Source of the DNA: an uncultured delta proteobacterium
GTDB taxonomy: Bacteria; Myxococcota_A; Polyangia; Polyangiales; Polyangiaceae
Assembly (NCBI GenBank): GCA_963806225.1
Contig: CAWDXG010000002.1
Coordinates: 18,210-82,209, forward strand
Direction: 5' to 3'
DNA: 64,000 nt
A model generated the notes under the pieces. That model was not told where the DNA came from. It was given only the letters and a program-made list of their open reading frames with translations, and did not search any database. Shown here piece by piece: positions 48,601 to 57,439 of the stretch (position 1 is its first letter; each line of letters starts with the position of its first letter). The position numbers and the translations under genes were made by a program.

Positions 48601-49442
48601 CGGAACACCCCCGGGCGTTCGGCCAGGCCCCGCTCGATGAGCGCCGCGACGGCCGCCTTCACCTCCGCCGCGGCCGCGTCGGTCACTTCGGGATCATCGG
48701 CCTCGTCGGGCGGGTAGCGCTCGTGCAGGCACAGCGGCTGTCCGTAGTAGACGTGGTGATGGGTCGGCAGCGGGAACGGCGTCGCCGGTATCGGCAGGTA
48801 CGGTGCTCCAAACGCATGAACGCCGTCGATGCGCGCGATCTGGGCCCAGGATTCCTCCGCCCCGATGACTGCGACCGGCACGACCGGCGCGCGGTGGCGC
48901 AGCGCCAGCTCGACGTGACCAACGCGCCAGTCCTGCAGCTGGTAGCGCTTCTTGTAGCCCTTGCCGATCCCCGGGGTGCCCTCCGGGAACACCAGCGCCA
49001 GCTCGCCGCTCTCGAGCAGATGGCGGAAGTTGCCCCGCGTGCCGCTGACCACGCCCACCCGCGAGAACATCGCTCCCACCCACGGCAGGAGCGGGATGAA
49101 CAGATCGCCGACGGCACGGGGCAGCCGCGGCGGATCGGTGTGCCGCAGCACGTCCATCACCACCACGACACCGTCCACCGCCAGAAACCCGCTGTGGTTG
49201 CACGCCAGCACCGCGGCCCCCTCCGCGGGTATGTGCTCGGCGCCGTGCGAGCTGACGCGGAAGTAGCGCTCGTACAGGAAGTTCGACGCACCGACCGCGG
49301 CGATCAGCGCCTCGGGCTCCAGCCCCAGGACATCGTAGCCGTGGCCGGCATTCTGGAACTGCAGCTCTGCCAGGCGTTCGCGCTCCTGCCGCGGCAGAAG
49401 TGCGGCGCTCAGGGTGTGGGCGAACCGGGACGCAGCGGTCAT
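48597..49442 (-). CDS. Lysophospholipid/1-acylglycerol-3-phosphate acyltransferase family protein
   Basis: NHSGFLAVD (H-x4-D) and FPEGTPGIGKG are the PlsC-type motifs. The start is ATG 49442. Confidence 0.8.
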   Translation of the reverse strand: MTAASRFAHTLSAALLPRQERERLAELQFQNAGHGYDVLGLEPEALIAAVGASNFLYERYFRVSSHGAEHIPAEGAAVLACNHSGFLAVDGVVVVMDVLRHTDPPRLPRAVGDLFIPLLPWVGAMFSRVGVVSGTRGNFRHLLESGELALVFPEGTPGIGKGYKKRYQLQDWRVGHVELALRHRAPVVPVAVIGAEESWAQIARIDGVHAFGAPYLPIPATPFPLPTHHHVYYGQPLCLHERYPPDEADDPEVTDAAAAEVKAAVAALIERGLAERPGVFR

Positions 49443-49456
49443 TCGGCATCATGAAC

Positions 49457-49473
49457 AAGCAAGCCACGTTCCA
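49457..49473 (-). promoter_or_regulatory. Sigma54-type -24/-12 promoter
   Basis: The minus strand reads TGGAACgtggcTTGCTT, with GG and TTGC in exact register. The GC lies 17 nt upstream of ATG 49442, and no SD lies between them. Confidence 0.6.
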
Positions 49474-49617
49474 CGCTTCCGGGGCACCCGGGCCGGCGGC
49501 GCTGCACGCAGGGCGCGCAAGCCTTGCGTCGAGCCGTCCCCAACCCACAAACTGGAGTCGGTCCGGGCGGCTGGCGGGGCTATACTCGCGGCCCGACGCC
49601 CGAGCCGACCGGAACCC

Positions 49618-52051
49618 TTGAGCCCCGACGACAAGCGACCCGAACCGCACGCAGCGCCGACCCTGGCGGCCAATCCCGGCTCGCTCCCCGGGAGCTCGCT
49701 TTCGAGCATCGGAGATGCGCCCCCCGCCCTCGTCGGTGGCCGCTACCGCATCCTGGGACTGCTCGGCGCCGGCGGAATGGGCAGCGTGTACCGCGCTCTG
49801 GATGTGGAGCTGGACGAAACGGTAGCGCTCAAGATGCTCCGGCGCGATCTGGTCGATTCGGCGCGCGTCATCGAGCTGTTCCGCCGCGAGGTCAAGCTCG
49901 CCCGACGGGTGACGCACCCGAACGTCGCGCGCACCTTCGACATCGGCGAGCACGAGGGCGACCGATACCTCACGATGGAGCTCATCGACGGCGAGTCGTT
50001 GGCCAGTGTGCTGGGCCGCACGCGCCGCCTGCCCCCGGCGCGCGTGGTGGAGCTGTCGGGGCCGATCTGCGCGGGGCTCTCGGCAGCGCACGCTGCGGGC
50101 GTCGTGCATCGGGATCTCAAGCCGGACAACGTGATGCTCGCGCGCGACGGGCGGGTGGTCATCACCGATTTCGGGGTGGCGCGGACATCCGCGGGGAACG
50201 CCAACGCGACGGTCGGCGTGGCCATCGGCACGCCCGCCTACATGGCGCCGGAGCAGGTGCGCGGCGCCGCCGACGTCGACGCCCGCGCGGACATCTACGC
50301 ACTGGGCGTGATGCTGTTCGAGATGTTGACCGGCGAGCTCCCGTTCAAGGGGGACTCGCCGTTCGTGGTGGCCATGGCGCGCCTCGACGGCGAACCGCCC
50401 GATGCGCGGAGCCTCCGCCCCGAGCTGTCGCCAGCGCTGGCCGCCGCAGTGCGGCGCTGCATGGCGCGCGACCGTGCCACGCGCTTTGCGCGGGCCGAGG
50501 ACGTCGCGGCCGCGCTGTCGGCTCTGGGCCCGACGGGTCTTTCCGTGATGGCTCCAGCCGATCATTCGACCGGCGTGTTCGCCCGGACACTGCCGGGCGA
50601 GGTCCCGGCAGCCCCGATCGTGACGCCGACGCAGAGCTCGGAGTTCGCCAAGACCGTCGCGGTACTGCCGTTCAGGAACGGAGGCCGACCCGACGACGAC
50701 TACATCGCCGACGGGCTGACCGAGGATTCTGATCGACACCCTGAGCATGACGCGCGGTCTGCGCGTGCGGCCCCGCGCGCTGGTCGCACGTTTCTCCGGG
50801 CAGGACGTTGATCCCCGGCAGGTCGGCGAGGAGCTCGACGTGCAGGTCGTGGTCGACGGATCGGTGCGGCGCCGCGGCGATGCGCTGCGCGTGGCAGCGA
50901 GGCTCCTCAGCGTCAGCGACGGCTTCCAGCTGTGGGCGCGCCGCTTCGACCGTCCGGCGGCGGACCTCCTGGTGGTCAGCGACGAGGCGGCGGCAGCCAT
51001 CGCTGAAGCACTGACCGTGGATGCCAACGCACAGCAGCGGCAGGCGCCAAGCGATCCGGTAGCGATCGATCTCTACCTGCGCGCCCGCGCGGAGCTGCGC
51101 CAGAGCTGGGGCGATGCCGTGGAGCGTGCGGTAGAGCTGTTCCGCCAGGCGCGTGAACGCGCGCCCGGCGACCCCACCATCATTGCCGGCTATGCGCGCG
51201 CGCTGGCCCGCAACTGGTTCTTCAAGTCCGAGGACGCACCGGAGCTGGCCGCCGAGGCGCGCAGCGTCGCGGAACGCGCCGTGGCGGAAGCGCCCGGGAG
51301 CGGCGAGGCTTGGCTGGCGCTGGCCAGCGTGCGCTCGATCGAGGGGCGCGCGCCCGAAGCCGTCCGGGCGCTGAGAACCGCGCTGTCGCACGCACCTGCC
51401 CTGGCAGAAGCGCACGAGCTGCTCGGCGCGATCCAGCTCGAGACCGACCGTCTGCCGGATGCGATCCACCGGCTGGAAACGGCGACGACGCTGGATCCGT
51501 CGCTCCGCAGGCCGCGTGTGGACATGGCCCGCGCATACGCGCTCCTCGGCGAGTGGGACAAGGTCAAGTCACTGCTCGACGAGATCGCAGACGACGAGAG
51601 CGACGTGGTCTCGGGTGTCGTGATGCGCACGCGGCTCGCGCTCTGGAGCCCGGATCCCCAGGTACTCCTCGCGGATCTCCGCGAGTTCGAGGTCGGTCCG
51701 ATGGGCTCGCCAACGCTCTACGCGAAGCTCGTCGTGGACGTCATCGAGCACGACAAGGTCCCGATGGACCAGACGCAGTACATCATCCAGGCCGCCGAGC
51801 AACCGGGGCGCTCGGTACGCTTCCAGACGCTGCTTCTACAACTCGCAGCCGAGGTGCTGGCCTACGCCTGCGAGGTCGACCCGGCACTGAAGCTGCTCGA
51901 ACGAGCCGTGCCGCTGGGCTTGATCGACAAGAACTGGCTGGAGCTCTGCCCGCTGCTCGAACCGCTCAGGAGTGATGCACGCTTCTCGGCAGCGCACGCG
52001 ATCGTGTCAGCGCGAGCAGCCGAGGTCACGGCGGCGCTGCACGGTCGTTGA
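49618..52051 (+). pseudogene. Ser/Thr kinase fused to a TPR-like C-terminal domain, frameshifted at about 50728
   Basis: Kinase motifs are GAGGMGSVY, ALKML, HRDLKPDN, DFG and APEQ. After VAVLPFRNGGRPDDDYIADGLTED the frame breaks. The next frame continues LIDTLSMTRGLRVRPRALV.. through helical repeats to 52051. One extra T sits in GAGGATTCTGATC. The TTG 49618 start is uncertain. Confidence 0.7.
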
Positions 52052-52109
52052 AGCTCTGGTGTTCGTGGCTTTTTGTTCCGGGCTACATTGCGTCCGGATA
52101 ACGGGCGAA

Positions 52110-52142
52110 GGGGGCACGCCCCGCGCGCGGAGCGGTGCCCCC
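52110..52142. terminator. GC-rich hairpin between convergent genes
   Basis: GGGGGCACGCCCCGCG / CGCGGAGCGGTGCCCCC forms a long imperfect stem. It lies 11 nt beyond the csp stop (52153) and 59 nt beyond the stop at 52051. Confidence 0.5.
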
Positions 52143-52152
52143 TCCAGACGGA

Positions 52153-52356
52153 TCAGATCGGGCGGACGTTGTCCGCCTTCAGCCCCTTGGGGCCCTGGCT
52201 GATCTCGAACTCCACCCGCTGCCCCTCGGCAAGAGTGCGGAAGCCGCTCGTCTGGATCGCGCTTTGGTGACAGAAGACGTCGTCGCCGCCGTCGTCCTGC
52301 CGGATAAAGCCGAAGCCCTTGGAATCATTGAACCACTTGACAGTACCAGTCGCCAT
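52153..52356 (-). CDS. cspA: CspA-family cold-shock protein
   Basis: The 67-aa product reads [34 protein letters not shown]... It has the RNP1 motif KGFGFI and an RNP2-like VFCH. Confidence 0.95.
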   Translation of the reverse strand: MATGTVKWFNDSKGFGFIRQDDGGDDVFCHQSAIQTSGFRTLAEGQRVEFEISQGPKGLKADNVRPI

Positions 52357-52612
52357 TTTTGCTTACTTCTCTTTCGCATCCGGGTGGCCACGATCAGCCC
52401 ACCGGAATCAGGTGCTACAGACCCGACGCTCCCGCGTGTACTCCTTCCACGCCCGGAAGTCTGTGAAAAAGGCCCTGTGCCCGGCCGATTCGCGCAGCCG
52501 AGGGGGCCGTTGGCGGCGGATCCGCGCGGATTTCGAGCATCTACCGGGCTCGCAGCCCGCCCGTCGAAAGCTCGACGAGCGCCGCGCGAGCGGCTAGCAC
52601 AGGTGCTCTCGC

Positions 52613-53431
52613 ATGGCCGCGCCGCTCCAGTACAAGACCCGGGTGCGCCTGCCCGACGAACCCTGGGCGCCGCCGATGCCGCGCCGGCGGCGCGGCCGCC
52701 TGGCGCTGCTCGGCGCGACGACATGGCTGGGCCTCGCGCTGCTCTGCTACTCGGTCGCGACCGGCGCGCTGCCACTGGCGCACTGGCTGGGCGCCCGGCG
52801 CGCACCACTCGCCGAGCGCGCGACGGCGTCGCGCTCGGGCCCGCTGCGCGCTCGGGCCGTGCAGGCCGCGGCGATCGGCAGCGGCGACGCCACCGGCGGA
52901 ACGTCGGAAGCTCCGGCTGCTGCGCAGAGCGCGATCGAACCGGCCCCCGGCAGCAGCAGCGTTGCGAGCGTCGCGGCCGCGCCTCCGCCGCGACCCGATC
53001 CCGATCGCTACGACTCCAACGGCATCGATCCGTTCGCGGCGTCGGACGGCGTCGGAGACAATGCCCGCGACACCGGGGAAGCCATCGTCGACGATGCGCC
53101 GACCATGGCCACCTCGTCGGGCATCGGACACACCAGCTGCGAGGACGCGATCGAGGCGGACGAGGACCAGAGCGGCCCGCCTGCCGCCGCCGACCCGCGC
53201 GTCGCCAAGCTGGTAGGGAGCGGGCGCTGGTTCAGCGACTGCGGCAGCGTGAAGCTGTTCGAGGTGCACCTGTGCGTGGCTGTCAAGGGCGGTCGGACGG
53301 TGGGAGTGACCGTCCACACTCTGCCTGCCCACCACGCTATCGTAACGTGCATCGCGAACCAGGCCTGGGCGCTCCGGTTCCCGAAGACCGCAAAGCTCGA
53401 AGTAGCCCGTGCGAGCTTCGCACCGGAGTGA
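52613..53431 (+). CDS. Membrane-anchored hypothetical protein
   Basis: The gene starts at ATG 52613. It has one TM segment (LALLGATTWLGLALLCYSVA), a low-complexity linker, and a Cys-containing C-terminal domain. Confidence 0.6.
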   Translation: MAAPLQYKTRVRLPDEPWAPPMPRRRRGRLALLGATTWLGLALLCYSVATGALPLAHWLGARRAPLAERATASRSGPLRARAVQAAAIGSGDATGGTSEAPAAAQSAIEPAPGSSSVASVAAAPPPRPDPDRYDSNGIDPFAASDGVGDNARDTGEAIVDDAPTMATSSGIGHTSCEDAIEADEDQSGPPAAADPRVAKLVGSGRWFSDCGSVKLFEVHLCVAVKGGRTVGVTVHTLPAHHAIVTCIANQAWALRFPKTAKLEVARASFAPE

Positions 53432-53434
53432 GCG

Positions 53435-54277
53435 CTAGCGCGTACGCGCGCGCCACACGACGAGCGCGACCAGCAGCAGCGCGAACGCGACGAGCAGTGC
53501 CCACTTCCAGACGCTGTTCGGCTGCGCCTCGCCGGACGACGGCGCGGCGACCGCATGTTTCGCGCCTTCGCCATGGCTCTTCGCGCCGCTCTTGACGGGC
53601 GCGCGGTCCGCTGTGGGCTCGCGACGCTTCTTCGCCTGCGCGGGCTTGGCGACGCGTCGGTTCGTCCCGGCCGGCTTCGCCGCACGCTTCTTCTCGGCCT
53701 GCTTGCCTGCACCCTGCTTCTTCGCGGCGGCAGGCTTCGTGGCGGCGCGCTTGCTGGGGGAAGTGCTGCCGGATGACCCGGACGCGGCGGCGCGGCGCTT
53801 GGCCCGCCGCGGCTTCTTTCGCGAGCGCTTCTGGCTCTTCGCGCGTTCGCGCTGCAGCGCCCGGTAGGCCTTTCTGGCCGACGGGGTCTGCGCAGGACTG
53901 GGACGCAGGCTCGCGGCGTGCTCCGGCGTCGACGCCTTTGCCGCTCCGCCGGCAGCCGTCTGCTTTGGCATCGAGGACGCGGTCGGCACGGCCGGCTTGG
54001 CGGCGGCTGCCGGCTTGGCGGCGGCTGCCGGCTTGGCCGCGGCTGCCGGCTTGGCCGCGGCTACCGGCTTGGGCGCCGCGGCTGTCGGCTTGGGGGCTGC
54101 CGGCTTCGACGCAGGCGGCGGAGCGGCAGCCGGCTCGGGTTCGCCCCAATCGTCGTCGACGTCGGCGGTGTCGGCCTGCAGCGACGGCGGTGCAACGGAC
54201 AGGGGCCGCGGCGGAGCTACCGGGTCGTCCGCAAGATCCCAACCTTCATCGAGTTCGGTATCGGATTCTGAGTTCAT
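53435..54277 (-). CDS. Ala/Lys/Pro-rich (histone H1-like) protein with acidic N-terminus and C-terminal TM
   Basis: The gene starts at ATG 54277 (MNSESDTELDEGWDLADD). It has (KPAAAA)n repeats and long Lys/Arg/Ala tracts. The C-terminus is WKWALLVAFALLLVALVVW. Confidence 0.65.
   Translation of the reverse strand: MNSESDTELDEGWDLADDPVAPPRPLSVAPPSLQADTADVDDDWGEPEPAAAPPPASKPAAPKPTAAAPKPVAAAKPAAAAKPAAAAKPAAAAKPAVPTASSMPKQTAAGGAAKASTPEHAASLRPSPAQTPSARKAYRALQRERAKSQKRSRKKPRRAKRRAAASGSSGSTSPSKRAATKPAAAKKQGAGKQAEKKRAAKPAGTNRRVAKPAQAKKRREPTADRAPVKSGAKSHGEGAKHAVAAPSSGEAQPNSVWKWALLVAFALLLVALVVWRARTR
53991..54106 (-). repeat. Coding 18-nt tandem repeat
   Basis: GCCGGCTTGGCGGCGGCT-like units reiterate about 6 times. 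They encode KPAAAA. Confidence 0.8.
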
Positions 54278-54331
54278 CCAGGCCCTGGTGCGCGGGTAGA
54301 TCCCGAGCCGCGCGATCGCGATCGTAGCCCG

Positions 54332-56551
54332 ATGCCCGCCGGCACGGCCAGAAAAGCGGTTGGCGCTCTCCCACCGACGAGCACCGCGTTTTCAAGCTGG
54401 TATTCTCGCCCGGTGCATCCGCTCGTCCCGGCCATCCTCAGCACGCTGTGTGCCGATCTGCTGCTGGTCGGGGTCTTCGGGTACCTGTACCGCCAGTACC
54501 GCGAGCCGTACCTTCGGCTCTGGGGCATCGGCTGGTCGGGCTCGGCGATCCGGCACCTGACGGCCACGCTCGAGCTGCTGCTCGGGCCGAAGCTCGTGCT
54601 GGCCGTGGTGCTCCAGGCCGCCGGGCCCATCGCCCTGCTCTTCATCCTCGGCGGTACGTACAGCTTCGCGTCGCGCCGCATGCCACGCACCTGGATCGTC
54701 GGTGCGTTGGCCGCTGCGGCCTGGGCCGTGCAGGGCGAGATGCGCCACCTGTCTCTCGAGACCACGCGCTTGCCCGCGTTCGCGTTCATGGGTGCCGTCA
54801 CGGCATGGACCGGCGTGGTGTTCCTACGGCACACCGAGCGGAGTCCCGGCACGCGCCTGACGGGTTGGTGCCTGGTGCTCTGGGGCCTGCACCTGATCGA
54901 CCACCCGTTCCTCAGGGGCGTGACCTGGTTCGCGCCCTGGGGGTACAGCCTGGCTACGGTCCTCGAGCTCGCTGTCGCAATCGGCATCGTTGTCGTCTAC
55001 TTCGAGCGGACCCACACGCGCCTGGAGCGCAGCGAACACCGCTTCCGCACCCTGTTCGAGGGCGCGCTCGAAGGCGTCTATCGCGCGGAAGCGGGCGGAC
55101 GGCTCTTCGAGGTGAATCCGGCGCTGGTACGGCTTCTGGGCTACGACAGCGGCGACGAGCTCTGCGCGCTCGATCCGGCCACGGCCCTGTTCGAGGACGC
55201 GGGCGCCCGGAACCGGCTCGAGGCCGAGCTCGACTCGCAGGGTCTGGTGCGCGGACAGGAGGTGGTCTGGCTCCGCCGCAACGGGGAGCCCGTGGTCGTG
55301 AGCCTGCACGTGCGCCGCCTCAGCGCACCGGACGGCACGCGCTACGACGAGGGCTTCGTCCGCGACGTGACGGACTCGCGCCGGCTCGAGGATCGGCTGC
55401 GACAGGCGCAGAAGATGGAGGCACTCGGACGGGTTGCGGGCGGCGTGGCGCATGATTTCAACAATCTGCTCACCGTCATCCTCGGCAACTTGTCGTTGCT
55501 CGAAGCGCGCGTGGCGGACAAGCGCACCGAGCACGAGCTCGTGGAGGCGCTGCAGGACGCCGCGGCGCGCGCGGCAGGGTTGACCGGGCAGCTTCTGGCT
55601 TTCTCGCGCCGACAGGTGTTGAAGACGCAGATCCTCGATCTGGGCGTCCTGACCCAGGGCATGGCGGCGATCCTGGCCCGGCTGGTCGGCGACAACGTCG
55701 AGCTTGCCGTGGAGACATCCGACGCTCCCTGTCGGGTCAAGGCCGATCCCGCGCAGCTCGAGCAGGTGATCCTCAACCTGGCGATCAACGCGCGCGACGC
55801 CATGCCAGACGGCGGCACGCTGTCACTGTCCACTTCGGGCTCGGCACCCAGCCCCGACCTCCGCAGTCGCCACCCCGAAGCCAAGGCGGACGCCTACGTA
55901 ACCCTCGAGGTGAAGGACACAGGCCGCGGGATGGACGAGCGCACGCTGGAGCATCTGTACGAACCATTCTTCACGACCAAGAGCGCCGGTCGCGGCACCG
56001 GGCTCGGCCTCGCCACGGTGTACGGCATCGTCACGCAGACGGGCGGCTTCATCGACGTGGAGAGCCAGCCAGGCCAGGGCACCACGTTCCGCGTGTGCCT
56101 ACCCCTCGCCGATGGAGCCGTCGAAGCCCCTTCGCCATGGAGCTCCCCGGCGCCGGCGCCTGCTTCGCGCACCACGGTGCTGCTCGTGGAGGACGAACCC
56201 TCGCTGCGCCTGCTGGTTGAGCGGGTGCTCCGCGAGGCCGGCTACCACGTGCTGGTGGCGGGTGACGGCCAGCAGGCCCTGGCGGTGGTGCGCGATGCCG
56301 CGTCCCCCATCGATCTGCTGCTCACGGACGTCGTGATGCCGCAAATGAGCGGACCTGCACTGGCCCGCGCGCTGCGCGAAACGCGAAGCGACCTGCCCGT
56401 CGTGTTCGTATCCGGCTACGCCGATCAGCACGCCGAGGCCGGGCTCGACGACGGGTCGCGCTTCCTGCCCAAGCCGTTCGCACCGGCAGACCTGCTCGAA
56501 GTCGTACGGAAGAGCCTGCCCGCGTCGCAGCCGGCCGACAAGGTCGGCTGA
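54332..56551 (+). CDS. Hybrid sensor histidine kinase/response regulator
   Basis: The N-terminus is multi-TM and is followed by a PAS-like region. The H-box is HDFNNLLTVILGN, the N-box is NLAINARDAM, G1 is DTGRGMD and G2 is GTGLGLATVYG. The REC domain reads LLVEDEP..LLLTDVVMPQMSG..PKPF. The alternative start is GTG 54413. Confidence 0.93.
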   Translation: MPAGTARKAVGALPPTSTAFSSWYSRPVHPLVPAILSTLCADLLLVGVFGYLYRQYREPYLRLWGIGWSGSAIRHLTATLELLLGPKLVLAVVLQAAGPIALLFILGGTYSFASRRMPRTWIVGALAAAAWAVQGEMRHLSLETTRLPAFAFMGAVTAWTGVVFLRHTERSPGTRLTGWCLVLWGLHLIDHPFLRGVTWFAPWGYSLATVLELAVAIGIVVVYFERTHTRLERSEHRFRTLFEGALEGVYRAEAGGRLFEVNPALVRLLGYDSGDELCALDPATALFEDAGARNRLEAELDSQGLVRGQEVVWLRRNGEPVVVSLHVRRLSAPDGTRYDEGFVRDVTDSRRLEDRLRQAQKMEALGRVAGGVAHDFNNLLTVILGNLSLLEARVADKRTEHELVEALQDAAARAAGLTGQLLAFSRRQVLKTQILDLGVLTQGMAAILARLVGDNVELAVETSDAPCRVKADPAQLEQVILNLAINARDAMPDGGTLSLSTSGSAPSPDLRSRHPEAKADAYVTLEVKDTGRGMDERTLEHLYEPFFTTKSAGRGTGLGLATVYGIVTQTGGFIDVESQPGQGTTFRVCLPLADGAVEAPSPWSSPAPAPASRTTVLLVEDEPSLRLLVERVLREAGYHVLVAGDGQQALAVVRDAASPIDLLLTDVVMPQMSGPALARALRETRSDLPVVFVSGYADQHAEAGLDDGSRFLPKPFAPADLLEVVRKSLPASQPADKVG

Positions 56552-57301
56552 CCCGCGACGGGCTCGGTGCGGAAGGCTGACCCCCAGCTCCGATCTCCAC
56601 TTGCAGGGCTTCACATGCACGCAGGCTCGGCTGACTTCGCGGCCTGCCAGCGTGACGTAGCCGGTCTGCTTCGGCATGTCGGTCTTGGTCACGAAGGTCC
56701 TCGCCATGGTGAAGACCTTCTTCCCGTCCTTGAAGCCGAACGGATTGAATTGCATGTCGTTCGGCCCGATGTGCAGATCCGTCCGCCCAGGCGGGGGTGC
56801 ACCGAACTTGCCGCACAGCGAGCCTTCGCACGTCAGGTAGCCGTCCGTTCGATAGCCGCGGACCTTGGACTGCCAGCCCAGCTTGTCGCCATAGAGCTTG
56901 CCCTTGGCCACGTTGCCGCACTTGTCCGGAGTAGCGCGCGTGTTCGTGCGGTTCACCACCGTCGTGCTCCAGAACAAGGTCTTCGTCTTCACCGTGAAGT
57001 AGTCCCGCATGCGGTACGACCGCATCTGCACGTCGCCACCGGGCTGGCCGCCCTGGTTCTCGAAGCGCAGCACGACCCGGCCGGGACCAATCCTGTAGAC
57101 ACCGTCGCCCTGCCCCATCGGCGTGTCGCGGAGCTCGAGGTTGGCGTTCAGCCTGTAGGTCACGTCCCACGCGTCACAGCTGCCCTGGTCGAGCGGAGCG
57201 GCACCCTCGCCGGCACGCGCCCACGGCACAAGCGCCAGACCGACGCCCGACGCCAGGACCGCGGCCAGCATGATGCGCGGGAGCTGTCGCGGATGAGCCA
57301 T
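56099..57301 (-). CDS. Secreted hypothetical protein; 3' end unreliable (no stop before 56099)
   Basis: The gene starts at ATG 57301, and the signal peptide is MAHPRQLPRIMLAAVLASGVGLALVPWARA. About 235 aa look protein-like, to ..ACVHVKPCK near 56600. The remaining ~165 codons include 453 nt running antisense through the REC domain of the kinase gene and look like junk. Confidence 0.5.
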   Translation of the reverse strand: MAHPRQLPRIMLAAVLASGVGLALVPWARAGEGAAPLDQGSCDAWDVTYRLNANLELRDTPMGQGDGVYRIGPGRVVLRFENQGGQPGGDVQMRSYRMRDYFTVKTKTLFWSTTVVNRTNTRATPDKCGNVAKGKLYGDKLGWQSKVRGYRTDGYLTCEGSLCGKFGAPPPGRTDLHIGPNDMQFNPFGFKDGKKVFTMARTFVTKTDMPKQTGYVTLAGREVSRACVHVKPCKWRSELGVSLPHRARRGSADLVGRLRRGQALPYDFEQVCRCERLGQEARPVVEPGLGVLIGVAGYEHDGQVASRFAQRAGQCRSAHLRHHDVREQQIDGGRGIAHHRQGLLAVTRHQHVVAGLAEHPLNQQAQRGFVLHEQHRGARSRRRRRGAPWRRGFDGSIGEG

Positions 57302-57312
57302 GCCCCGAAGGG

Positions 57313-57328
57313 TGCATCGACCGTGCCA
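57313..57328 (-). promoter_or_regulatory. Sigma54-type -24/-12 promoter
   Basis: The minus strand reads TGGCACggtcgATGCA, with GG and GC in exact register. The GC lies only 13 nt upstream of ATG 57301. Confidence 0.6.
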
Positions 57329-57439
57329 GACGCTCTTCCGCGCGGGCAGATGGTCCTGCTCCGGGCGACGCGCGGCAGATTGCCACGGCGCTGCAGGCAT
57401 TTCGCGAAGTGCCGCGCTGATGTCGGGCGTGAAGGCCTG

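Noticed and set aside
52357-52612. A long structured 5' UTR or thermosensor upstream of the csp gene.
   Set aside because: Only weak, bulged stems could be drawn by eye. There is no recognisable cold-box, so I cannot support a specific element.
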